Virus record (IMG/VR): IMGVR_UViG_3300046519_000323
Coordinates: 1-64,000 of that record
DNA from: a virus
Direction: 5' to 3' (one strand)
Length of the DNA: 64,000 nucleotides
Positions 46,431-53,599 of this stretch are shown here, piece after piece. The translations under genes and the position numbers were made by a program. Below the pieces are notes generated by a model that ran no database searches, was not told the origin of the DNA, and saw only the letters and a list, made by a program, of their open reading frames with translations. Within the stretch, counting starts at the first letter, position 1. Every line of letters begins with the position of its first letter.

Positions 46431-47393
46431 TTATATGACTTCGATAGTGCTGGTTTGGCGATAACTACCCCAATCGCAATTAACAACAAGAATGCGGCCA
46501 CTTTCGAGAAAACGGTCAGCCGATCGGCTTCCTATTAATTTTTCGAGCTCGGTATGAGCAATGTTTGATGTAATTAACGTCGGTAGTCGTTGCTTGTACC
46601 GAGCGTCGAGTATTGTTGTATAGGCTTCAAATAAATATGAACTTGACGCTAGGCTGCCCACGTCATCAATGCATAGGACAGGAACTCTGGAAAGATAACT
46701 GTAAATTTCTTTCGTAGTAGTTCTGCAGTCCTTTTTCCAAGTTTCCTGAATATCATTAATTAGCTGTGCTTCGGTGATGAATACACAACGTAATTTATTT
46801 TCATAATAAATATCGTTCACATGCTTTGTTTTGCACTTCACTGACCGCTTGATGATGTTTTGCAGAAATATACTAGCCATGGCTGTCTTGCCTGCGCCCA
46901 TATCTCCTGACAGAAGTATATTTCTGCTATCCACTGCCGTACCTTTGGCAATAATCGCTTGAAGTTCTTTAATCAGAGCACTGATAATTAATTTTTGTCT
47001 TGGGCTCTTAGTCACATCAAGAGCTTCAAAAGTTTGATGAATACTATTTTTGGGTATTTTAGCCTTTTTATATTCATCAAAGATTCTTTGATTTGTTGCA
47101 TCCGTTAAAGCTTCATAATTCCCTGCAGAATTACACTCGTAACAAGTACCTTCAACAGATTTAGCAATCATTTGAGGTACTTGGATTTGATTAAATCCAT
47201 GAACCTCACAGCCTACGCGGACAGATTGTACGGAAATGTGGTTTTGTATCTCCATTCCTTCTAAACGGTTTTCACGCTCTTTCAATTCTTTATCGCAAAA
47301 AGGGCAATTTGAATCACCACTGTTTTTGAACTTTCGGTAGATACCGTGCGAAGAACAGGTAAATTCATTGTATAAGTCAGCCATTGCACCCAT
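46431..47393 (-). CDS. DnaC/IstB-like AAA+ helicase loader
   Basis: 320 aa; Walker A SGDMGAGKT, Walker B LCIDDVG; N-terminal CxxC pairs. Confidence 0.65.
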   Translation of the reverse strand: MGAMADLYNEFTCSSHGIYRKFKNSGDSNCPFCDKELKERENRLEGMEIQNHISVQSVRVGCEVHGFNQIQVPQMIAKSVEGTCYECNSAGNYEALTDATNQRIFDEYKKAKIPKNSIHQTFEALDVTKSPRQKLIISALIKELQAIIAKGTAVDSRNILLSGDMGAGKTAMASIFLQNIIKRSVKCKTKHVNDIYYENKLRCVFITEAQLINDIQETWKKDCRTTTKEIYSYLSRVPVLCIDDVGSLASSSYLFEAYTTILDARYKQRLPTLITSNIAHTELEKLIGSRSADRFLESGRILVVNCDWGSYRQTSTIEVI

Positions 47394-47396
47394 TTC

Positions 47397-48371
47397 CTAA
47401 AAACCTTCAAAGTTGAATAACTGGTCTTCAGGAACCTCAACCGTTGGCACCTTCTCAGCTCTTTGATCTGAATTATTTAAGATGAACCGGCTAAAATCTT
47501 TAGAAGGTTTTTTAAAAGAGCTGTTTTGAGCAGGTTGGTTGTAATGATCTGAACTTCCTAAGGCTCTCATACGAGCGAAGTGTGCTCTTTGTCCAGCTGG
47601 TGAATGATGGATTTTCAAAAGAAACTTAATCAGATTATTTAAACGTTGATGATCATTCAAATTTTTATATTGATCATGGTTTGCGTTGAAATCAATAAGG
47701 TAGGTATCTAGTTGCTCTTGAGTTTGAATCATTGAGCCTAAACCTGCCATTTGTAAACGACCAAAAAATATTGGTTCTTTCAGTAGAACCCTGTATTTCT
47801 CAAGTAGTTCATTTCTTTTTTCCATGTCCCCTCCCCTATTAATCTTATTAAAATTATTACTTCTTAAATCATTGTATTTATTAGTGGTGGGTTCACCGCT
47901 AACGGAAAAGCCGTTTTCGGCTTCAGCTTTGTTTTCATCAATATCATCAAAATTAAAGCCAAGTTGAGCATCAGAAAGCATTGCTTCTTGAGTATCTTCA
48001 GAAGCTCGATCTTCAGCTTGAGCTATAATTTTTGTGTCTATTGGTGATTCAAAGATTTGATAGACAACTTTGCCAAAAGTGCCATCTTCATTTTTTAACT
48101 GAGTACGTTTGATATACCCAGCTTGTTCAAGACGGTTAAGCATGCCTTGAATTGCATCACGGCCTTCTTTACCCCTTTTTACTAGCGCTTGTATACAAAC
48201 CCTGTGTTTGTCACCCCACGACAACAATTCAACAAGTAAACCTTTATCGGCACGTTTTATATTCGGGTCCCGTAAAAGTTTGTTAGAGAGAACGGTATAA
48301 GGGTTTTCTTTGCTGTGCTCAGCACGATAGATGGTCCTTTGCAGAACATCCAGTACAGCCATATTGGTCAT
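47397..48371 (-). CDS. phage replication initiator (winged-helix, O/DnaD-like)
   Basis: 324 aa; ..PYTVLSNKLLRDPNI..ADKGLLVELLSW..GRDAIQGMLNRLEQAGYI..; precedes the loader gene. Confidence 0.55.
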   Translation of the reverse strand: MTNMAVLDVLQRTIYRAEHSKENPYTVLSNKLLRDPNIKRADKGLLVELLSWGDKHRVCIQALVKRGKEGRDAIQGMLNRLEQAGYIKRTQLKNEDGTFGKVVYQIFESPIDTKIIAQAEDRASEDTQEAMLSDAQLGFNFDDIDENKAEAENGFSVSGEPTTNKYNDLRSNNFNKINRGGDMEKRNELLEKYRVLLKEPIFFGRLQMAGLGSMIQTQEQLDTYLIDFNANHDQYKNLNDHQRLNNLIKFLLKIHHSPAGQRAHFARMRALGSSDHYNQPAQNSSFKKPSKDFSRFILNNSDQRAEKVPTVEVPEDQLFNFEGF

Positions 48372-48388
48372 TGTTAAATCCTAAAAAA

Positions 48389-48670
48389 TTAGTCCCGAAG
48401 AATCTGATCTACTTTTACAGCTCCCTTTGTCAGCTCTTCTAATGTCCGCGCAACGTTGTACGGAACAGGAACCTCCCCCGATAAATAACGACTAATAGTC
48501 CCCTGAGAACAATCAAAAGCTACAGCGGCAGCTTGTTGATTACAGAATTGAATACGCACAGTTGTTTGAAACTTACGTAACTTCTTCTGATCTTCAGCAT
48601 TTAAAGAATCAAATAATTCTTTACGTCGCTGAGCTAATTCAGCTCGTTTTATGTCTTTCAAGTTTTGCAT
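48389..48670 (-). CDS. Cro-like HTH regulator
   Basis: 93 aa; ..CSQGTISRYLSGEVPVP..; divergent from the cI-like gene. Confidence 0.65.
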   Translation of the reverse strand: MQNLKDIKRAELAQRRKELFDSLNAEDQKKLRKFQTTVRIQFCNQQAAAVAFDCSQGTISRYLSGEVPVPYNVARTLEELTKGAVKVDQILRD

Positions 48671-48709
48671 AAATGTATCTGAAATAACTTTTATGTATTA
48701 AAGGATGCA

Positions 48710-48738
48710 ATAATATGCGGAAATGTATAAATGTTCAA
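48710..48738 (-). promoter_or_regulatory. promoter of the cro-replication operon, TTGAAC-17-TATTAT
   Basis: Minus strand TTGAACatttatacatttccgcaTATTAT; spacer/-10 overlapped by the degenerate box TATgCgGAAATGTATA (48714-48729). Confidence 0.55.
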
Positions 48739-48801
48739 TCTAAACGTATAAATGTAAGTACGATTCTGTCTACTGGTATTTGATACGCATAATGCATAAA
48801 A

Positions 48802-48829
48802 TTGACTTGGGTTTATACATTAATGTAAA
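48802..48829 (+). promoter_or_regulatory. putative repressor promoter (TTGACT -35) overlapped by a TATACA-type operator
   Basis: TTGACT at 48802-48807; operator TATACATTAATGTAaA at 48814-48829 covers the spacer and the weak -10 (TGTAAA). Confidence 0.45.
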
Positions 48830-48908
48830 AAGTGTGGTATACGTATCACATTCCAAGAATGTATTGATTCATTTATTAAATTATAATTTTATGACCAGAG
48901 GAACTAAG

Positions 48909-49619
48909 ATGTCGCATAGTCTTAACGAACTTAATAATAAGAATGAAAGTATTGGGGATAGAATCACTCGGCTTTTGCTTGAGAGAAAATCTGATCAATA
49001 TCAATTAGCTAATGAATGTAAAACAACACAAGCGACTATTAGTAGAATTATGAGCGGTAAGGTTAGTAATAGTAAATTTTTGCCAGCTATTGCACAGGCT
49101 CTTAACGTTTCTGTCGGTTATTTATTATTTGGCGGAGAAACAGACGCTCAAGTCGAAGAATACAGTACAGAGCAATTGCGTATACATCAAAATGATTTTA
49201 TGCTTATCCGCAAGTATGAGAACGTATTAGAAAATAATGAAGATACGCATACAAAAAAGAAAGCAGAGGACATGTTGATGTTAAAGAGTTTAATTCCGCC
49301 GGGGTCTACTTCAGAAGATTTACGTTACATTTTGGTTCAAGATCATTCAATGTCTCCGAAGATTCCAATAGACGCAAGGGTTTGTTTTACAACGAAAGAG
49401 ACAACTGTTATCGCTGGTAAAGCATATGCTATTAAGTATGGTTCACTAGACGAACAGATTCGTTATTTATACCCTCAACCTGATGGCGGATTACGTATCC
49501 GTGTAACACCAGAGCAATCAGATGAGTTTCCAGAAATGATCGTTCCGCCCACTGAGATCAAGGAAAAAATCTTTAAAGTGCTTGGTAGGGTTTTTAGTGT
49601 TACAAGCTCTTGGATTTAA
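48909..49619 (+). CDS. cI/LexA-type repressor (HTH + S24 peptidase domain)
   Basis: Start moved to MSHSLNEL (GAGGAA SD); HTH ..QLANECKTTQATISRIMSG..; Ser in DHSMSP and Lys in AGKAY. Confidence 0.75.
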   Translation: MSHSLNELNNKNESIGDRITRLLLERKSDQYQLANECKTTQATISRIMSGKVSNSKFLPAIAQALNVSVGYLLFGGETDAQVEEYSTEQLRIHQNDFMLIRKYENVLENNEDTHTKKKAEDMLMLKSLIPPGSTSEDLRYILVQDHSMSPKIPIDARVCFTTKETTVIAGKAYAIKYGSLDEQIRYLYPQPDGGLRIRVTPEQSDEFPEMIVPPTEIKEKIFKVLGRVFSVTSSWI

Positions 49620-49640
49620 AATAATTTTTATAATCAATCA

Positions 49641-49664
49641 ACGGGCGAAAAAGCCCGTTTTTTA
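49641..49664 (+). terminator. rho-independent terminator after the repressor gene
   Basis: ACGGGC GAAAAA GCCCGT followed by T6. Confidence 0.8.
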
Positions 49665-49775
49665 TTGCCTAATACATTGAAAAATACGAAAAAATACAAT
49701 GTTTTTAATTTTTTTGCGTTTTTTACAAATATTTACTAAAACTCTCGGGTATCTTTTTTACGTTTTTATGCATAC

Positions 49776-49804
49776 TTGCATAATTATATACAGAAGTGTA
49801 TATT
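49776..49804 (+). promoter_or_regulatory. promoter TTGCAT-17-TATATT with embedded operator
   Basis: TATACAGAAGTGTATA (49787-49802) overlaps the spacer and -10. Confidence 0.6.
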
Positions 49805-49834
49805 TTGAATTATTCTTTATGTGGAATTAAAAGC

Positions 49835-50176
49835 ATGCAAAAAATAATCGATGTAAGTGAAAATAACCCTGAAGACCTGAATCATTTAACAGCTTCCCCT
49901 GCATCTCTTAATCAATTAAGAGATAAAGCAAAGTTCATACTCGGCTTAGCTTTGGAAGTTGAGAAGTCTATTCGTAATTTAATGACCGCCCTCTTCGCTA
50001 TTCGTATCGTCCAAATACTTACCTCTTTTGTGATTGTCACTGCCTTGTTCTATGCATTTCTCATTTACGGTGTAGATGCCCAAGAAACAGAAAATCAAGG
50101 TCGCTATCAGGCTAATCAGAAATACATTCAATTGGTTGAGGCTAAAAACCCAGAGGGAATATATATTTCTAAGTAA
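49835..50176 (+). CDS. small membrane protein next to the repressor gene
   Basis: Start moved to MQKIIDV; TM LFAIRIVQILTSFVIVTALFYAFLIYGV. Confidence 0.5.
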   Translation: MQKIIDVSENNPEDLNHLTASPASLNQLRDKAKFILGLALEVEKSIRNLMTALFAIRIVQILTSFVIVTALFYAFLIYGVDAQETENQGRYQANQKYIQLVEAKNPEGIYISK

Positions 50177-50177
50177 A

Positions 50178-50231
50178 TGTTCATTTGAACAAATAAACAA
50201 ATGAACAAATGAACAAATGAACAAATGAATA
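50178..50231. promoter_or_regulatory. 8-bp-register hexamer array F (7 units, mostly direct)
   Basis: TGTTCA tt TGAACA aa TAAACA aa TGAACA aa TGAACA aa TGAACA aa TGAATA, running into a perfect TATAAT (50230-50235). Confidence 0.7.
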
Positions 50232-50250
50232 TAATAGGTTGCATTTTTAT

Positions 50251-50547
50251 ATGGCTCAACGTGAAAGTATAGTTTGTCCGGCTTGTGGCAATAGATTGTT
50301 TTATGCCTTGGAAGTAAGGGTTTTACAAAAGCGTTTAGTAGACCCTAAAACTGGGGCTCTTATGAAGAGAATCTCATCTAATGTTCTACCTACAGAATAT
50401 GAAGAACATTTGTTATGTGAAAGTGAACAATGTCTTTTTGTAATAACCAAAGGCAACAATGATTATCACAATTACATGCATCTTTTTGATAAACCAAATA
50501 CCTCTGATCTTAGTGTTTTCAAAAAAGCTGTATACACAATTTTTTAA
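50251..50547 (+). CDS. hypothetical zinc-ribbon protein
   Basis: Start moved to MAQRESIVCPACGN; second Cys pair CESEQC. Confidence 0.45.
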   Translation: MAQRESIVCPACGNRLFYALEVRVLQKRLVDPKTGALMKRISSNVLPTEYEEHLLCESEQCLFVITKGNNDYHNYMHLFDKPNTSDLSVFKKAVYTIF

Positions 50548-50549
50548 TA

Positions 50550-50587
50550 AGTTCATTTGTTCAAATGAACAAATGTTCAAATAAACA
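50550..50587. promoter_or_regulatory. 8-bp-register hexamer array G (5 units)
   Basis: aGTTCA tt TGTTCA aa TGAACA aa TGTTCA aa TAAACA. Confidence 0.7.
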
Positions 50588-50645
50588 TTAACGGTACATT
50601 CTATTTTATTTAATCTGCAGGTTTGAGATTGCTCAAATAGATTGG

Positions 50646-50691
50646 TGAACATACAAACATTTGAACAAATGAACATTTGTTCAAAGGAACA
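50646..50691. promoter_or_regulatory. 8-bp-register hexamer array H (6 units)
   Basis: TGAACA ta cAAACA tt TGAACA aa TGAACA tt TGTTCA aa gGAACA; 17 nt before the erf start. Confidence 0.7.
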
Positions 50692-50707
50692 TTAGATAGG
50701 TGATTTT

Positions 50708-51439
50708 ATGCAAACTGGATTTAACTTAAATAATAATCTTGCTAGTGACTTACGTGGTGTACAGGTTGTACATGCAATTGCTGCGGTTCATAAAGTTCTT
50801 GTAAAAATGGGTATAGCTAAATCTCGCCGTACAAATAGCACAAACACAAAATTTACGAACTATAATTTTCGTAGTATTGATGATATGTATAACGTCATTT
50901 CGCCTTTGATGGCCGAGAATGGACTTTTATGTATTCCCACTGTAAAAGATACCAAAATTACAGAAAATAAAAATCAACACGGCGGTATTGCCCGTCATGC
51001 AGTTGTCACGGTTTCATATAATTTTATTAGTGTTGATGATGCTTCGATCATTACTGCAGAAATGGTGGGGGAAGCAATTGACACTGCTGATAAAGCCATA
51101 AGTAAAGCTTTAAGTATGGCTCAAAAAGGGCTTTTTGAGCAGGCATTCTCTATACCGACAAGACCTTTTACGAATGATGTTTCTCAACAATCGTTCCAGC
51201 GTGAACAAACTCAATTACCGAATAACGCACCAAACCCTTTACGCAATTTAAATGCTCCTGACTATCATGAATTAGATGCTTTTATAAATTTATTGGGCTC
51301 TATTGGTTGTAGCTTTGAACGTTTTCTTAAACAACGTAGCATCACAGAAAATCAAATTACCCGTGAAGTGCTGAAACAAGAAACAATTAATATCGAGAAA
51401 TATTTGAACCAACAAGGTGCGCCAACCCACCAATACTAA
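50708..51439 (+). CDS. erf: ERF-family single-strand annealing protein
   Basis: 243 aa; ..NYNFRSIDDMYNVISPLMAENGL.. and ..DTADKAISKALSMAQKGLFEQAFSIPT follow the ERF pattern (DKa..KA.s.A.K....F.IPt). Confidence 0.65.
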   Translation: MQTGFNLNNNLASDLRGVQVVHAIAAVHKVLVKMGIAKSRRTNSTNTKFTNYNFRSIDDMYNVISPLMAENGLLCIPTVKDTKITENKNQHGGIARHAVVTVSYNFISVDDASIITAEMVGEAIDTADKAISKALSMAQKGLFEQAFSIPTRPFTNDVSQQSFQREQTQLPNNAPNPLRNLNAPDYHELDAFINLLGSIGCSFERFLKQRSITENQITREVLKQETINIEKYLNQQGAPTHQY

Positions 51440-51450
51440 CCTTTCTTTAA

Positions 51451-51520
51451 TGAACATTTGTTCAAATGAACAAATGTTCATTTGATTAAAAGAACGTTTG
51501 AACTATTGAACATATGAAGT
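51451..51520. promoter_or_regulatory. 8-bp-register hexamer array I (9 units), candidate parS/operator
   Basis: TGAACA TGTTCA TGAACA TGTTCA TGATTA aGAACg TGAACt TGAACA TGAAgt at 51451, 459, 467, 475, 483, 491, 499, 507, 515. Confidence 0.7.
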
Positions 51521-51533
51521 TAATCGGTACAAT
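51506..51533 (+). promoter_or_regulatory. parA promoter TTGAAC-16-TACAAT
   Basis: The -35 is unit 8 of array I. Confidence 0.55.
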
Positions 51534-51664
51534 ACCTGAAAATACTTCTTTTAAAGGGCAGTGCCTTACTTCTCTTAGATATTAAACATATTCGTTCTGG
51601 CCCGATCTACTTGTAAATAATGATCTAAAGCCGAACTATCATATAAATAAATTGGATTTAAGAT

Positions 51665-52303
51665 ATGACGACAAAATATATCTCAACGCTTCAGCTGAAG
51701 GGCGGGGCGGGTAAAACTACAATCGCAAGTAATCTTATTGGTTATTTCCTTTCTAAAAATAAAAAAGTCTTGGGCGTTGATGCCGATATGCAACAAGGTA
51801 CTTTGCATGCCTGGTCAAAACTTTTTAAACACCCTAAATTTGAATGTGTAGGGGTTAACAGTCTTGAAGAGTTAATTTCTGTTCTTCGTGAGGCTCAAGA
51901 AAAATTTGATATCGTTATTACTGACCTACCTCCGCGGCTAGCTGATATTGCACGATCAAGTTTAGTTTTTAGTGATGTCGTTTTGATTCCCGTTGCTATT
52001 TCATCGCCTGATGTTTGGGCTGCTATGGACTTAACAAAACTTATTGAAGCTGCCAAAAGCGAAAGCGATAACGCAAAGGTTCGCATGGTATGGAATAGGT
52101 TTAAACCAACTAAACGCAAAATTGAGGCTAAAGAAGAAGTAAAGCAGCTTCTAGGGCACGATGAAATTAAACAATATATTTCTGACTATGTAGCTTATTC
52201 CGATGTGCTGGGTTTAGGTACTTGGGTGGGGGAACATAATCACGAAAAAGCTAAAACAGAATTTTTGGCCTTTGCCAAAGAAGTAGAAAAGTTAATTAAG
52301 TGA
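51665..52303 (+). CDS. parA: ParA-type partition ATPase
   Basis: 212 aa; deviant Walker A KGGAGKTT near the N-terminus. Confidence 0.85.
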   Translation: MTTKYISTLQLKGGAGKTTIASNLIGYFLSKNKKVLGVDADMQQGTLHAWSKLFKHPKFECVGVNSLEELISVLREAQEKFDIVITDLPPRLADIARSSLVFSDVVLIPVAISSPDVWAAMDLTKLIEAAKSESDNAKVRMVWNRFKPTKRKIEAKEEVKQLLGHDEIKQYISDYVAYSDVLGLGTWVGEHNHEKAKTEFLAFAKEVEKLIK

Positions 52304-52316
52304 AACGGTAATTTTT

Positions 52317-52583
52317 ATGACTAAAGCAAAGATGAATTTTGTAAAACCTACAGGTGAAGAAAAACCTCAAAATGACCGTTTTGGGGCTGCAGTTGAGTTT
52401 GCAAAGGCTTCAAAAGAAGTTGTTGAAGGCTCTAAAGATGAAGCGCGTGAAAATTGGGATTGCCCCAATAATTTACGTAAAGAGCTTAAGCAGTTTGTTG
52501 CAGGTTCGACGCGTTTCGCAACTAAGAAAGAGTTTTTAACACAGTGTTTAATTGATGGATTAAAGAACTATAAAGGTCAATGA
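52317..52583 (+). CDS. small partition adaptor, ParG/omega-like (predicted RHH C-terminus)
   Basis: 88 aa directly after parA; flexible basic/acidic N-part, then ENWDCP (strand) NNLRKELKQFVAGS (helix) TRFATKKEFLTQCLIDGLKNY (helix). Confidence 0.45.
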   Translation: MTKAKMNFVKPTGEEKPQNDRFGAAVEFAKASKEVVEGSKDEARENWDCPNNLRKELKQFVAGSTRFATKKEFLTQCLIDGLKNYKGQ

Positions 52584-53263
52584 AAAAGGCTATCGGTTAT
52601 GTCCGTGTTAGTACGGAAAAACAAGTAAGCGAAGGTGTTTCTATTGACGCACAGGTTGAGCGTATTAAAGCATGGGCGCTAATTAATGATTATGAACTTG
52701 TCGAGGTTTACTTTGATGAGGGTATTTCTGGTGCGACCTTTTCTAAACGTGAAGGCATTAATAAAGCTTTAGCGAATGTTGAAAAAGGTATGGCATTTGT
52801 TTGCTATAGCTTAAGTCGTGTAAGTCGTCATCTTGAAGATACCTTGATGATTGGCAAAATTATTCAGAATGCTGGCGCCGATCTTGTAAGCCTTACTGAG
52901 CAAATTGATACAACAACTGCTTCAGGCAAAATGATTTTTAATCTCTTTGGGGTTTTGAATCAATTTGAACGAGATCAGGTTGCTGAGCGTACACGTACGG
53001 CCATGCAATTCTTGAAAGCTAATAATAAAGCTTATACTCATCCGCCATATGGCTTTGATCGTCGTGGCGATGACTTTGTTGAAAATGAGGCTGAGAAACG
53101 AGTCATTGAATTGATGCTTGAGCTTAGGCAAAAAGGTTACGGTCACCGAAAAATAGCAACCCATCTTAATAAAAATGCAATTTATGCAAAAAATGGCGGG
53201 TTGTGGCATCCAAAAACCGTAAAAGGTGTATTAGATCGTATTGAAGGTGTTAAAACAGAATGA
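52580..53263 (+). CDS. serine recombinase (probable multimer resolvase)
   Basis: 227 aa; catalytic YVRVSTEKQ; C-part PPYGFDRRGDDFVENEAEKRVIELM..GYGHRKIATHLN like the start of the large-serine-recombinase 'recombinase' domain. Confidence 0.75.
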   Translation: MKKAIGYVRVSTEKQVSEGVSIDAQVERIKAWALINDYELVEVYFDEGISGATFSKREGINKALANVEKGMAFVCYSLSRVSRHLEDTLMIGKIIQNAGADLVSLTEQIDTTTASGKMIFNLFGVLNQFERDQVAERTRTAMQFLKANNKAYTHPPYGFDRRGDDFVENEAEKRVIELMLELRQKGYGHRKIATHLNKNAIYAKNGGLWHPKTVKGVLDRIEGVKTE

Positions 53264-53352
53264 TTAATACGGAAATTATCAAACATAGATTTTAAATACA
53301 TTTTATGTATAAATTAATTGACAATTATGCATATAGCCTAAGATTCTATGTA

Positions 53353-53374
53353 TGTTCAAATGAACATTTGAACA
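53353..53374. promoter_or_regulatory. 8-bp-register hexamer array J (3 units)
   Basis: TGTTCA aa TGAACA tt TGAACA in the convergent gap between the recombinase and RHH genes. Confidence 0.6.
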
Positions 53375-53404
53375 TCGTAATCAAGCGTTGATATTTTAGA
53401 AAAT

Positions 53405-53430
53405 TAAAGGCTCTTATTTAAGAGCCTTTA
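53405..53430. terminator. hairpin terminator overlapping the stop of 53414..53599
   Basis: TAAAGGCTCTT / AAGAGCCTTTA 11-bp stem. Confidence 0.6.
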
Positions 53431-53599
53431 ATAATTCGTTAAGTGCTTCGTCACGCGACTTTAAATTGTGTTCTTTCTTATAGTTCTCGATTAATTCCAG
53501 ACTATCTTTAGTTAGCCAGAAATCTTTTCTTTCAAAACCTTTTGCTAACATTTCTTCGCGTTGTTTGGCTTTTCGTTGAGCTGCTGTAAGAGCCATCAT
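53414..53599 (-). CDS. ribbon-helix-helix DNA-binding protein
   Basis: 61 aa; FERKDFWLTKD (strand) SLELIENYKKEH (helix) KSRDEALNELLKAL (helix); start overlaps the upstream stop (TAATG). Confidence 0.55.
   Translation of the reverse strand: MMALTAAQRKAKQREEMLAKGFERKDFWLTKDSLELIENYKKEHNLKSRDEALNELLKALK

Noticed and set aside
20460-53374. GAAC-N4-GTTC cores interpreted as host LexA (Cheo-type) SOS boxes
   Set aside because: The cores are part of longer 8-bp-register arrays of 3-9 units, not isolated 12-14 bp boxes. If the host is Acinetobacter-like, it lacks a canonical LexA. An element-encoded binder is more parsimonious, though the S24-type cI-like repressor remains one candidate.
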